Shown here: piece after piece, positions 17,548-27,700 of the stretch
Position numbering within the stretch: the stretch's first letter is position 1
How the letters are laid out: each line of letters opens with the position of its first letter
NCBI GenBank assembly: GCA_963793425.1
Contig: CAWCAG010000005.1
Span: forward strand, 1,024,001-1,088,000
Direction: 5' to 3'
DNA length: 64,000 bases
From: an uncultured cyanobacterium
Lineage (GTDB): Bacteria > Cyanobacteriota > Cyanobacteriia > Cyanobacteriales > CAWCAG01
Program-made: the position numbers and the translations under genes
Notes under the pieces: generated by a model
Database searches by the model: none
Seen by the model: only the letters and a program-made list of their open reading frames with translations
Told to the model about the DNA's origin: nothing

Positions 17548-19221
17548 CTAATCTGTGACAGCCCCCACACTGCTAGAAGAGACTAATTTTGCATATTTAG
17601 CCAAAACCCCAGTTTTGTATTTAGGTTGGGGGGGTTGCCATTCAGCACGGCGACGAGCAAGTTCTTCTTCTGGAATATTGAGTTGTAGTGACCGAGAAGG
17701 GGCATCAATAGTAATTTCTTCCCCTTCCCTAACTAAAGCGATATTACCACCCACAGCCGCTTCTGGGGCAACATGACCGACAACTAGCCCATAAGTCCCT
17801 CCAGAAAATCTACCATCGGTAATTAAACCCACAGAATCTCCTAAGCCAGCACCAATAATTGCTGAGGTGGGGGCTAGCATTTCTCGCATTCCCGGCCCAC
17901 CTTTAGGCCCTTCGTAACGCACCACAATAATATCCCCCGGTTGGATTTTTCCTGCCAAGATCGCTGCTAAACACTCTTCTTCCGATTCAAAAACCCTCGC
18001 TGGTCCAGAAATTTGGGGTTTCTTGACACCACTGATTTTAGCGACAGCCCCTTCCGTAGCTAAATTACCTTTCAAAATTGCTAAATGTCCTTGGCTATAA
18101 AGGGGGTTGTCCCACTGACGAATGACATCTTGATCTTGAGAAGGATGATCCGGTACATCAGCTAAAACTTCAGCAATAGTTTCTCCTGTGATAGTTAAAG
18201 CATCTGGGTGTAATAAATCGTGGACTAACAGCATTTTCATCACTTGGGGAATGCCCCCTGAAGTGTGTAAGTTAGTGGTGACATACTGACCGGAAGGTTT
18301 GAGATCACAAAGGACTGGGACACGGGCCCGAATAGCTTCAAAATCATCAAGGGAAAGTTCGACACCAATACTATGGGCGATCGCTAGTAAATGAAGTACA
18401 GCGTTGGTGGAACCTCCGACTGCCATAATTACTGAGATGGCGTTTTCAAAGCTTTTACGAGTCATGATTTGACTTGGTAAGATTTGCTTACGAATAGCTT
18501 CTACTAACACCAAAGCTGATTTTTCTGCACTTTCAGCCTTTTCAGCATCTTCGGCCGCCATAGTAGAAGAGTAAGGCAAGCTCAAACCCATAGCTTCTAG
18601 GGCTGAGGACATGGTATTGGCTGTAAACATCCCACCACAGGAGCCTGCACCAGGACAAGCGTGGCGTTCAATCTCTGTTAGCTCATTTTCATCAATTTTC
18701 CCGGCACTATACTGTCCTACGGCTTCAAAAGCGCTGACAACGGTTAGATCCTGGCCGTTATAATGCCCTGGTTTAATTGTGCCGCCATAAACGAAAATAG
18801 CAGGAATGTTCATACGGGCGATCGCAATAGTAGCCCCAGGCATATTTTTATCACAGCCCCCAATAGCCAAAACTCCATCCATACTTTGACCTTGACACAC
18901 AGTTTCAATGGAGTCAGCAATCACCTCACGGGAGACTAGGGAATATTTCATGCCCTCAGTTCCCATAGAAATACCATCACTGATCGTAATAGTGCCAAAC
19001 ATCAAAGGCATAGCATCGACCTTTTTTAGCCCTGCCTCTGCCCTAAGAGCTAAATCATTTAAACCAATGTTACAAGGGGTTAAGGTGCTATAACCATTAG
19101 CAACTCCCACAATGGGCTTAATAAAATCTTTGTCCCCAAAGCCCACAGCCCTCAGCATGGCACGGTTAGGAGCGCGTTGAACCCCTTTAGTTATAACTTG
19201 GCTTCTGATATTTTCTGGCAT
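17548..19221 (-). CDS. ilvD: Dihydroxy-acid dehydratase
   Basis: [44 protein letters not shown] at 19221. Confidence 0.97.
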   Translation of the reverse strand: MPENIRSQVITKGVQRAPNRAMLRAVGFGDKDFIKPIVGVANGYSTLTPCNIGLNDLALRAEAGLKKVDAMPLMFGTITISDGISMGTEGMKYSLVSREVIADSIETVCQGQSMDGVLAIGGCDKNMPGATIAIARMNIPAIFVYGGTIKPGHYNGQDLTVVSAFEAVGQYSAGKIDENELTEIERHACPGAGSCGGMFTANTMSSALEAMGLSLPYSSTMAAEDAEKAESAEKSALVLVEAIRKQILPSQIMTRKSFENAISVIMAVGGSTNAVLHLLAIAHSIGVELSLDDFEAIRARVPVLCDLKPSGQYVTTNLHTSGGIPQVMKMLLVHDLLHPDALTITGETIAEVLADVPDHPSQDQDVIRQWDNPLYSQGHLAILKGNLATEGAVAKISGVKKPQISGPARVFESEEECLAAILAGKIQPGDIIVVRYEGPKGGPGMREMLAPTSAIIGAGLGDSVGLITDGRFSGGTYGLVVGHVAPEAAVGGNIALVREGEEITIDAPSRSLQLNIPEEELARRRAEWQPPQPKYKTGVLAKYAKLVSSSSVGAVTD

Positions 19222-19482
19222 TAATTTTGTCCTCTTTCTTAAGATCACTACCGCTATTTCTTTATTGTCTCAAGCAGACAGTAAGTTACCATAGTTGATT
19301 CCTTGGCGAAATTTTTCTTCACAAAAGGGCAATTACCTAGAAAAACGCCTAAAACTTAGCAAGTTAATTTTTCAACCTCTTGCTCAAAGGCCATTTTTAG
19401 ATTAGACATAATGTACTTTCAACCTATTTTCTATGCAGATTATTATGTTGCACCAGATAAGTAGAATCAAGGATAAAATAGT

Positions 19483-20319
19483 ATGGATGCTGAGGAACTC
19501 CTAAATCGCTATGCTGCCGGAGAGCGAGATTTCCAGAAAGCTGATCTCGAAGGAGCCTTCCTCGGTGGAGCAGATTTGAGTGGCGCTAATTTAAAGGAGA
19601 GTAATTTAAGTCGGGCTAATTTGATCGGTGCTTCTTTAGTAGGAACTAATTTTAGAGAAGCTAATCTCAGTAGTGCAAGCTTGCAAGCGAATTTGACTGA
19701 AGCTAATTTAATTAGCACCAACTTGCAGGATGCCAATCTTACTGCAGCGAAATTAGTGGATGCTAGCTTAAGGGCTTCCAATCTTAGGGGAGCAAATCTA
19801 ACTTCAGCAGATTTGAGTAATGCTGTTTTAAATGAAGTTGTTCTAATCGATGCCACCCTGAAAAGAGTGAAGCTGACAGGAGCTTCTGTGGCTAGAGCCA
19901 AGTTGATGAATGCCAATTTAGCCGAGGCTAATTTACAGGGAGTCAACTTAACTAACTCCTTTTTAATGGGAGCCAATTTACAAGGGGCTAATTTAGAAGA
20001 TGGTATTTTTCATAGTATTAATGCTTCTGGGATAGATGCAACGGGGGCTAACCTGAGTCGAGCGCAAATGAGCTGCGCTAATTTAGCTAAAGCTATTTTC
20101 CGTGAAGCTACCCTCAGAGAAGTTAGTCTCAGTTGGGCTTCTTTACCAAGGGTAGATTTGACAGGAGCAAAACTGACTAGGGCCAAACTCTGTTGGGCTA
20201 ATTGTCAAGGAGCTATTCTCACTAGAGCAGTACTCATAGATGCCAACTTAAATGAGACTAACTTTACTGGTGCTGTTTTGACTGGGGCAATTATGCCTGA
20301 TGGTATGACGCATCAGTAG
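19483..20319 (+). CDS. Pentapeptide repeat protein
   Basis: RYAAGERDF N-terminus, then A(D/N)LxxA repeats, ending MPDG. Confidence 0.93.
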   Translation: MDAEELLNRYAAGERDFQKADLEGAFLGGADLSGANLKESNLSRANLIGASLVGTNFREANLSSASLQANLTEANLISTNLQDANLTAAKLVDASLRASNLRGANLTSADLSNAVLNEVVLIDATLKRVKLTGASVARAKLMNANLAEANLQGVNLTNSFLMGANLQGANLEDGIFHSINASGIDATGANLSRAQMSCANLAKAIFREATLREVSLSWASLPRVDLTGAKLTRAKLCWANCQGAILTRAVLIDANLNETNFTGAVLTGAIMPDGMTHQ

Positions 20320-20322
20320 AAG

Positions 20323-20407
20323 GGGAGTTGGGGAGCTAGGGAGTTGGGGAGCTAGGGAGTTGGGGAGCTAGGGAGTTGGGGAGCTAGGGAGTTGGGGAGC
20401 TGGGGAG
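20323..20407. repeat. Tandem repeat (GGGAGTTGGGGAGCTA)x5, STRR-like
   Basis: Directly visible between convergent genes. Confidence 0.9.
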
Positions 20408-20412
20408 GTTGA

Positions 20413-21513
20413 TTAACCTAGTCCTTTGACTACTGGGTGGAAGAAAAAGGCTAGGGCAACTACGGTGTAGGTTGCCAGTAGTAGGCTGCCTTCTAACCAA
20501 TTAGATTCACCGTCAGAACTAATGGAATTAGCAATTAGTACTGATACAGCTACAGCGACTAATTCAAAGGGATTAAAATCGAGATCCATTGGTTGTCCGA
20601 TAAACCAACCAGCAATTACGAGTACCGGGGCTACAAACAGGGCAATTTGCATACTAGAGCCTACGGCTACAGAAACAGATAGATCCATTTTGTTCTTGAT
20701 AGCGACGGTAACAGCAGTGGCGTGTTCTGCGGCATTACCAATAATGGGTAACACAATTACTCCGGTAAATAGCGAGCTTAACCCTAATGTTGAGGTTGCT
20801 TCTTCTAAGGATTCTACTAATAATTCAGACTCGGCGGCGACCAAAAGAGTTACTCCTAAAAGTACCCCGATCCACAATCCAATATTAACTTCATGTTCTT
20901 CTTGCCCCTCTTCTTCTTCTAAATCTGCTACACCAACATCGTAGAGGTAGGAATGGGTTTTCATAGAAAATAATAGGGTTAAGCCATAGACTACAATTAA
21001 TACTACTGCTACTGCTATAGACAGATTTTGTAGGGTGACTTCCCCAATCCCGGTGGAGGTGTACTGCACTGCGGTAGGTAAAAGGAGGGCAATAACAGCT
21101 AGGTTCATAGTTGAAGCATTCAACCGCGCTGTGGTAGGTTCAAACTTCTGCTCTTTGTAACGTAAACCCCCTAAAAGCATAGAAAAACCCATCACTAATA
21201 ATAGGTTACTGATGATTGATCCGGTGATGGTCGCTTTGACTACCTCAATTAGTCCTGCATTGAGGGCAATAAAAGCCAAAATCAGTTCTGTGGCATTACC
21301 AAAGGTGGCATTTAGCAATCCTCCTAAATTGGGACCGACAACTACAGCAATTTCTTCTGTGGCTGTCCCCATAAAAGCCGCTAGGGGAATGATGGCAATA
21401 CCTGCGGTAATAAAAACAACGGCTGCCCCCCAATCTTGAAAGTGAGCAGCAATAGAGATAGGAATAAAAACTAATAAAAGGAAAAAAATTGTATTTTTGT
21501 TGAACATTGGCAC
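20413..21513 (-). CDS. cax: Ca2+/H+ antiporter (CAX/ChaA family)
   Basis: GLLNATFGNATE and IIGNAAEH alpha repeats; acidic loop EEEEGQEE. Confidence 0.93.
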   Translation of the reverse strand: MPMFNKNTIFFLLLVFIPISIAAHFQDWGAAVVFITAGIAIIPLAAFMGTATEEIAVVVGPNLGGLLNATFGNATELILAFIALNAGLIEVVKATITGSIISNLLLVMGFSMLLGGLRYKEQKFEPTTARLNASTMNLAVIALLLPTAVQYTSTGIGEVTLQNLSIAVAVVLIVVYGLTLLFSMKTHSYLYDVGVADLEEEEGQEEHEVNIGLWIGVLLGVTLLVAAESELLVESLEEATSTLGLSSLFTGVIVLPIIGNAAEHATAVTVAIKNKMDLSVSVAVGSSMQIALFVAPVLVIAGWFIGQPMDLDFNPFELVAVAVSVLIANSISSDGESNWLEGSLLLATYTVVALAFFFHPVVKGLG

Positions 21514-21849
21514 AACTAAATTGAGTCACCCTATTTTAGATTGTTCTTTGTAATCTTTAATAAAACTAGAATAAAAGCAAAAAGATTATTAAATTAACAT
21601 AAGGTAATCTGCCATTCAGTTGAAATTGAGTTTTAATGAAAAAACTGTGTATTTTGCTAAAGTTTTTTTGATCTCAAAGAATTTTCCTGTACGTCCTGTG
21701 CTTAAAAGTTAATTCCAGCACATTCCCTCTTCGCGACATCTTAAAGCGGCCTTGTCGCTCCCAGAATTTATTTTACGTTTCTTAAATAGTTTCAGCCCTG
21801 GGAGTGGCTGCGTATTTAGATGAGCGATTTATCCTAATTTGGTAAATTC

Positions 21850-24420
21850 ATGACTTCTTTTGCTGTTAGAAGCAATTCAGAGCAACCTTGCGAGCCTAAC
21901 CAAGCCGTTAGCGATCCCCAAAAAACTGCCACTGGGGTTTATGTCGCAGTTCACGGACATTTTTATCAACCTCCCCGCGAAAATCCTTATCTAAATACCA
22001 TTGAAAGGCAAGCCAGCGCCCATCCTTGCCATGACTGGAATGAACGCATCTATCATGAATGCTATCGTCCCAATGCTTTTGCCAGGGTTTTAAATAGCCA
22101 GGGAGAAGTTATTGAGATCGTTAACAACTTTGAGTATTTAAGCTTCAATGTTGGCCCGACTTTGATGTCGTGGTTGGAACGTTATGACCTAGAGGTTTAT
22201 CAACGTATCTTGGATGCAGACAGGAAAAGTTGTGAGCGTTTAGGTTATGGGAATGCGATCGCTCAAGCATATAATCACATTATTCTTCCTTTGGCTAATG
22301 AAAGGGATAAATATACCCAAATTCGCTGGGGCAAAGAGGATTTTCGCGCTCGTTTCCAGCGTGATCCCCAAGGTATGTGGTTAGCAGAAACCGCTGTTGA
22401 TTATCCCAGCTTGGAAGTACTTATTGATGAGGGGATTGAGTTTATTGTTTTGGCCCCTACCCAGGCTGAACGCTGTCGAGTGATTCCCACCCCAGAACAA
22501 CCTGAAACAGAATGGCATGAAGTAGGAGGAGGACAAATTGATCCCACTCGCCCTTACCGCTGCTTTATTGAAGATGGTAGACACATTGATCTTTTCTTCT
22601 ACGATGGCCCCATTTCAGGAGATATGGGTTTTAGTGAAGTTCTGAGTAGTTCCCAGCATTTGGCCGGCAGGTTAGGACAAGCAGTGCGTGGGGATCATCG
22701 CTCCTCGCAGTTAATTAGTGTAGCGACCGATGGTGAAACTTTTGGTCATCATAAAGGAGGTACAGAAAAATGTCTGGCTTACGCCTTTACCCAAGAATTT
22801 CCTAACCGAGATTGGCAGGTAACTAATTTTGCCCATTACCTCAATATTGCTCCTCCTACTTGGGAGGTGGAACTTAAGCCTGTGACTGCCTGGAGTTGCT
22901 CCCACGGCGTTGAACGTTGGCAAAATGACTGCGGTTGTGGTGGCGGTGGTGTTTGGCATCAGCAGTGGCGTAGACCCCTCAGAGAAGCCCTTAATTGGTT
23001 ACGGGATCGCTTGGTTAAGATTTATGGTGATGCGGGACGGGAAATTTTCCTTGCTCCCTGGCAAGCAAGGGATGAATATATTCAAGTTATTTTGGATCGT
23101 TCCCCAGATAAAGTTAATCATTTCTTTACTCGCCATCAACTTCGCCAACTTACTGCCACAGAACAAATAGATGCTCTGCGGTTGTTGGAGATGCAGCGCC
23201 ATTCTTTGTTGATGTTTACTAGTTGTGGTTGGTTTTTTGAAGAGATATCCCGACCAGAAGGGGTGCAAATTCTGCGCTATGCCTCCCGCGCTATAGAGCT
23301 AGCAGGAGATGTGACGGGGGTACAGTTAGAGAAGCCATTCCTCTCTCGTTTAGCCGAAGCACCGAGTAATGTCGAAGGGTTTGGTAATGGTGCTGAGGTT
23401 TACCGCCAGTTAGTCGTGTCAGCCCAAGTAGGATTTGAGCAGGTTGCAGCCCATTATGCTATTAGTTCCCTATTCACTGACTATCCTCAGCAACACAGAA
23501 TTTACTGTTACGATGCCCAGCAATTCGATTATCAGCGTCAGCAAATTGGCTCTCTTACTTTAGCTTTGGGACAAATACGCCTAACTTCTCAAATTACCTG
23601 GGAAAGCGTTCATTTAGTTTTTGCTGTCCTTCATTTAGGGGGCTGGGATTTCCATTGCTGCATTCAACCTTTTGGTGGTAGAAGAAGCTACAGTAACTTA
23701 AAAGAGGGACTATGGGAAACCTTGGAGCAAGGAAGTGCTGCTAAAACAATTTTGACTTTAAACCAGGCTTTTGGAGAAAAATGTTTTGGCTTAGATGAGT
23801 TGTTTGCTGAAGAAAGACAGCGAATTATGCAAAAGCTAACGGAGGATACGAAAAATCGTCTCGATCAGCTTTATACCCAAGTTTATCGCAATAACTATGG
23901 TATATTGATGGCCTTTCAAAGAGATGATTTACCTGTTCCCCAAGAGTTGCAAGTGGCAGCAGAAATTGCTCTTTCTCACCGTTGTTTACTAGAAGTGAGA
24001 AACTTAGAGCAGGCTGTCGATGAGCCTCAACAGTGGCAGAAACATTTAGCTAAGTTGGAGGTGATTGCCACAGAAGCTAAGCGCCTACGTTGTAAATTAC
24101 AGATTCCTGAAGGGAAAAAGACTTTGGAGCGGTTAATTCTTCGCTTACTTCGGCAGCTTTTGTATGACCGCCAGCCCACTAGCTTAAAAAATGATGTCCA
24201 AATACTAGAACTTAGTATTGATGTAGGCAAGAAGCTTGATCTTGGTTTGGATCTTAGTCGTGTTCAAGAGCTATATTTTCATTGTTTGCATGAAGAAATT
24301 GTTCCTAGCTGCTTAGAAGCAGATGACCAAGTTACCTGTCGTTGGCATCCTCGCCAACTGCCTTGGGTGTTCAATTTAGGGCAAAGGTTAGAAGTGGATA
24401 TGAGCGCTTGGTTGAAGTAA
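21850..24420 (+). CDS. GH57-family glycoside hydrolase with DUF3536
   Basis: HGHFYQPPRENP, YNHIILPL, GMWLAETAVD, ATDGETFGHH, WSCSHGVERW, MFTSCGWFF. Confidence 0.9.
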   Translation: MTSFAVRSNSEQPCEPNQAVSDPQKTATGVYVAVHGHFYQPPRENPYLNTIERQASAHPCHDWNERIYHECYRPNAFARVLNSQGEVIEIVNNFEYLSFNVGPTLMSWLERYDLEVYQRILDADRKSCERLGYGNAIAQAYNHIILPLANERDKYTQIRWGKEDFRARFQRDPQGMWLAETAVDYPSLEVLIDEGIEFIVLAPTQAERCRVIPTPEQPETEWHEVGGGQIDPTRPYRCFIEDGRHIDLFFYDGPISGDMGFSEVLSSSQHLAGRLGQAVRGDHRSSQLISVATDGETFGHHKGGTEKCLAYAFTQEFPNRDWQVTNFAHYLNIAPPTWEVELKPVTAWSCSHGVERWQNDCGCGGGGVWHQQWRRPLREALNWLRDRLVKIYGDAGREIFLAPWQARDEYIQVILDRSPDKVNHFFTRHQLRQLTATEQIDALRLLEMQRHSLLMFTSCGWFFEEISRPEGVQILRYASRAIELAGDVTGVQLEKPFLSRLAEAPSNVEGFGNGAEVYRQLVVSAQVGFEQVAAHYAISSLFTDYPQQHRIYCYDAQQFDYQRQQIGSLTLALGQIRLTSQITWESVHLVFAVLHLGGWDFHCCIQPFGGRRSYSNLKEGLWETLEQGSAAKTILTLNQAFGEKCFGLDELFAEERQRIMQKLTEDTKNRLDQLYTQVYRNNYGILMAFQRDDLPVPQELQVAAEIALSHRCLLEVRNLEQAVDEPQQWQKHLAKLEVIATEAKRLRCKLQIPEGKKTLERLILRLLRQLLYDRQPTSLKNDVQILELSIDVGKKLDLGLDLSRVQELYFHCLHEEIVPSCLEADDQVTCRWHPRQLPWVFNLGQRLEVDMSAWLK

Positions 24421-24459
24421 ATTAGGTTCACCTCCCTATCATAATTAATTTCCAGTTGG

Positions 24460-24493
24460 AAGCTGTCTTGAAAATCGATTTTCAGGACAGCTT
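24460..24493 (+). terminator. Stem-loop downstream of the GH57 gene
   Basis: AAGCTGTCTTGAAAAT-CG-ATTTTCAGGACAGCTT, 16-bp stem with one G-U pair. Confidence 0.65.
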
Positions 24494-24772
24494 ATTCGTT
24501 TCTTACTTTAAAACTAGTCTTTGGGGGGTAAAGCTATACTAATAGACCAACTTAGAGTTAAAAATGCAGGCTGAAAACTTGATAAATTTCTCTAGACAAG
24601 AGTAATCTTGCTCTTGGAAATTCTTCACTCATTTGCGTTATGATGCTAATTTTAGCAGCTAGATAATAGTTTAACTTCATAGTCATTCCACTTCAAGCTT
24701 TGCCGTCTACACCGCTTCACAATTCCATTTTTCCCGTCAGATTAACTGAGCAAAATGTAGATATATAAACAA

Positions 24773-27700
24773 ATGATTACTATTCCAGGATATAACATAA
24801 CTGAAGAAATATATTCATCTGAAAGGTCTTTTGTTTATCGTGGGCAACGTGATGAAGATGGACAGAAAGTAATTCTTAAAGTACTCAACAAAAGCAATCC
24901 TAGTATTGAAGAGATTGCTAGGTATAAGCAAGAATATAAGATTAGTAGTTCTTTTAATTCAGCAGCAATAATTAAAGCTCTGAGCTTAGAGAGTAGCGAC
25001 CAACATCTTATTATTGTATTTGAAGATTTTGGTGGTATTTCTTTAAAAAAATATTTAGAGCAACACAGGGTTGGACTAGAAGAGTTTTTTGAGCTAGGGA
25101 TTGCGATCGCCAATGCTTTAAGTTTAGTTCATAGCGCCCATATTATTCATAAAGATATTAATTTAGCCAATATAGTTTTTAATTCTCAAACTGGTGAAGT
25201 TAAGTTGATAGATTTTGGCATTTCTACTATTCTCTTCAAAGAAAATACTTTAGTTAAAAATGCTCAAATTCTTGAGGGTACATTACCCTATATGTCCCCA
25301 GAGCAAACTGGTCGTATGAATCGTTCTTTAGATTATAGAACTGATTTCTATTCTTTGGGGATTACCTTTTATAAGTTACTGACTAATCAGCTACCTTTTG
25401 AGAGTCAAGACCCTCTAGAATTAGTTCATGCTCATATTGCTAAAAAACCTTTAACTCCTCATCAAGTTAATAATAAAGTTCCCCAAGTAGTTTCTCAAAT
25501 TGTCATGAAACTTCTGGAAAAAAATGCTGAAGATCGCTATCAGAGTGCTACGGGAATTAAAGCAGATTTAGAACGATGTTTGCAGCAATTCAAATCCAGA
25601 GGCAATGTAGAAGATTTTAAGTTAGCAAGCCAAGATGTTGTTGACAAATTTCAAATTCCTCAAAAACTTTATGGTCGAGAACAAGAAGTCGGGACTTTAT
25701 TAGCTGTATTTGACCGAGTTTCCGGGAAAATAGGAGATGAAATCAGTGCTTTTCCTTCTTCAGAGATGGTTTTGGTTTCAGGATTTTCTGGGGTGGGTAA
25801 ATCAGTTTTAGTTCAAGAAATATATAAACCAATTACTCGTCAACGGGGTTATTTTCTGAGAGGTAAGTTCAAAAAATTCAAGAGTAATGTTCCCTATTCA
25901 GCAATAATCCAGGCTTTTCGAGGTTTAATTGAACAGATATTAACGGAAAGTGAAAAAAGTTTAAGTAGATGGCGCAATAAGCTACACAATGTTTTAGGAA
26001 GTAGTAGTACCGCCATTGCTAAATTTATTCCTGAAATAAACTTAATTTTGGGACAAAATCAGCCTGAGATTGACTTAAGCACTGAAGTCACAAAACAACG
26101 CTTCGACATCACTTTTCAAAAATTTATCAGAGTTTTTATTTCTCCTAGACATCCTTTAGTTTTATTCTTAGACAATTTACAGTGGGCAGATATAGCTTCA
26201 CTAAAACTTCTTAAGTCACTTATTACCAAGGAAAATGAAGGAGGTTTTTTACTGATTGGGGCTTACCGTGATAACGAAACTTACTTGAGTCATCCTTTAA
26301 TTGCAACTGTAGAAGAAATTGTTCAAGATGGAGCTAAAACCAATCATATTTCCTTAGCACCTTTAGCTTTAAATGATGTCCAACATCTAGTAGCGGACAC
26401 TCTACGATGTGACTTGTTTGTAGCAGAACCTCTAGCTCAATTAATTTACCAAAAGACTGGTGGAAACCCTTTTTTCTTAAACGAATTTTTGCAATCTCTC
26501 TACAGTAAAAATCTGATCTACTTTGACTATGAACAAAGTAAATGGTGCTGGGATTTAAAAGAAATTCAAAGATGTGATTTTACAGATAATGTTGTTGAAT
26601 TGATGGCAGATAGAATTCAAAATCTGCCTAGTGAAACTCAGTATCTGTTGAAGCTAGCTGCTTGCATTGGTAATCAATTTGATGTAGAAACTTTAGTTAC
26701 AGTATCAGGGCAATCTATCAAGAAAGTAGTTTCTTTGCTTCACACAGCCTCAGTAGAAAACTTAATTGTCCCCTTAGATAATCACTATAAATCTATTGAA
26801 CTGGATATTATTGAAGAATTAAAACAAAAAGTTTATTATAGATTTGTTCATGATAGAATTCAACAAGCTGCCTATTCTCTAATTTCCAAATCAGAAAAGC
26901 AGGAATTGCACCAGCAAATTGGGCAACTATTATTACAAAATAAATCCTGGCAGCAACAAGAAGGCAAGATTTTTGATATTGTTAATCAGCTCAATTTTAG
27001 CGTTGCTATTATTGAAAATAGTAAGCAAAAAAACGAGCTGGCTAAACTTAATTTGTTAGCTGGACGTAAAGCTAAAGCTTCTGCTAATTATAAATTTGCT
27101 CTTGATTATCTTCAAGTTGGTATTGATCTTCTAAGTCAAGACAGTTGGCAACAAGAATATAACCTGAGCTTAGCGCTTTATGAAACAGCAGCGGAGGTTG
27201 CTTATCTTAATGGTGATTTTGAAGAAAGATTGCGATTAGGAAAAATAGTTATTCAAGAAGCCAAAAATGTACTTGATAAGATTAAAATTTATGAAAGCGA
27301 CATTCAAGCTTATATAGCTCAGAACAGACCTTTAGAAGCTTTACATATTGCTATATCTATCCTTGAACAGTTAGGTATTCATTTTCCTGAACACCCTACC
27401 AAAGAAGATATTGAGAGAGGGCAAAGGGAAGTTCAAATAGCATTAGGGACAAAAGCTATTGAAGAATTAGTTGATTTACCCCTAATGGAAGCTAATGATA
27501 AGTTAGCAGCTATGGGCATTGTTTCTAGTGCTATAACGGCTAGCTATTCTGCTTTCCCTGCCATGATGCCTTTGTTCATTTTTGAGCAAGTTAAGCTTTC
27601 TTTAGAGTATGGTAATACTTCGCTTTCTGTCCCTGCTTATGCCTATTATGGCAGCATACTTTGTGGCATATTCCAAGACGTAGATAATGGTTACCGCTTT

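Noticed and set aside
19509..19976. 155-aa antisense ORF (and other shadow ORFs such as 2402-2836, 20522-20944, 34701-35291, 39904-40389, 53930-54313)
   Set aside because: They overlap well-supported genes on the opposite strand or in another frame and carry no motifs.
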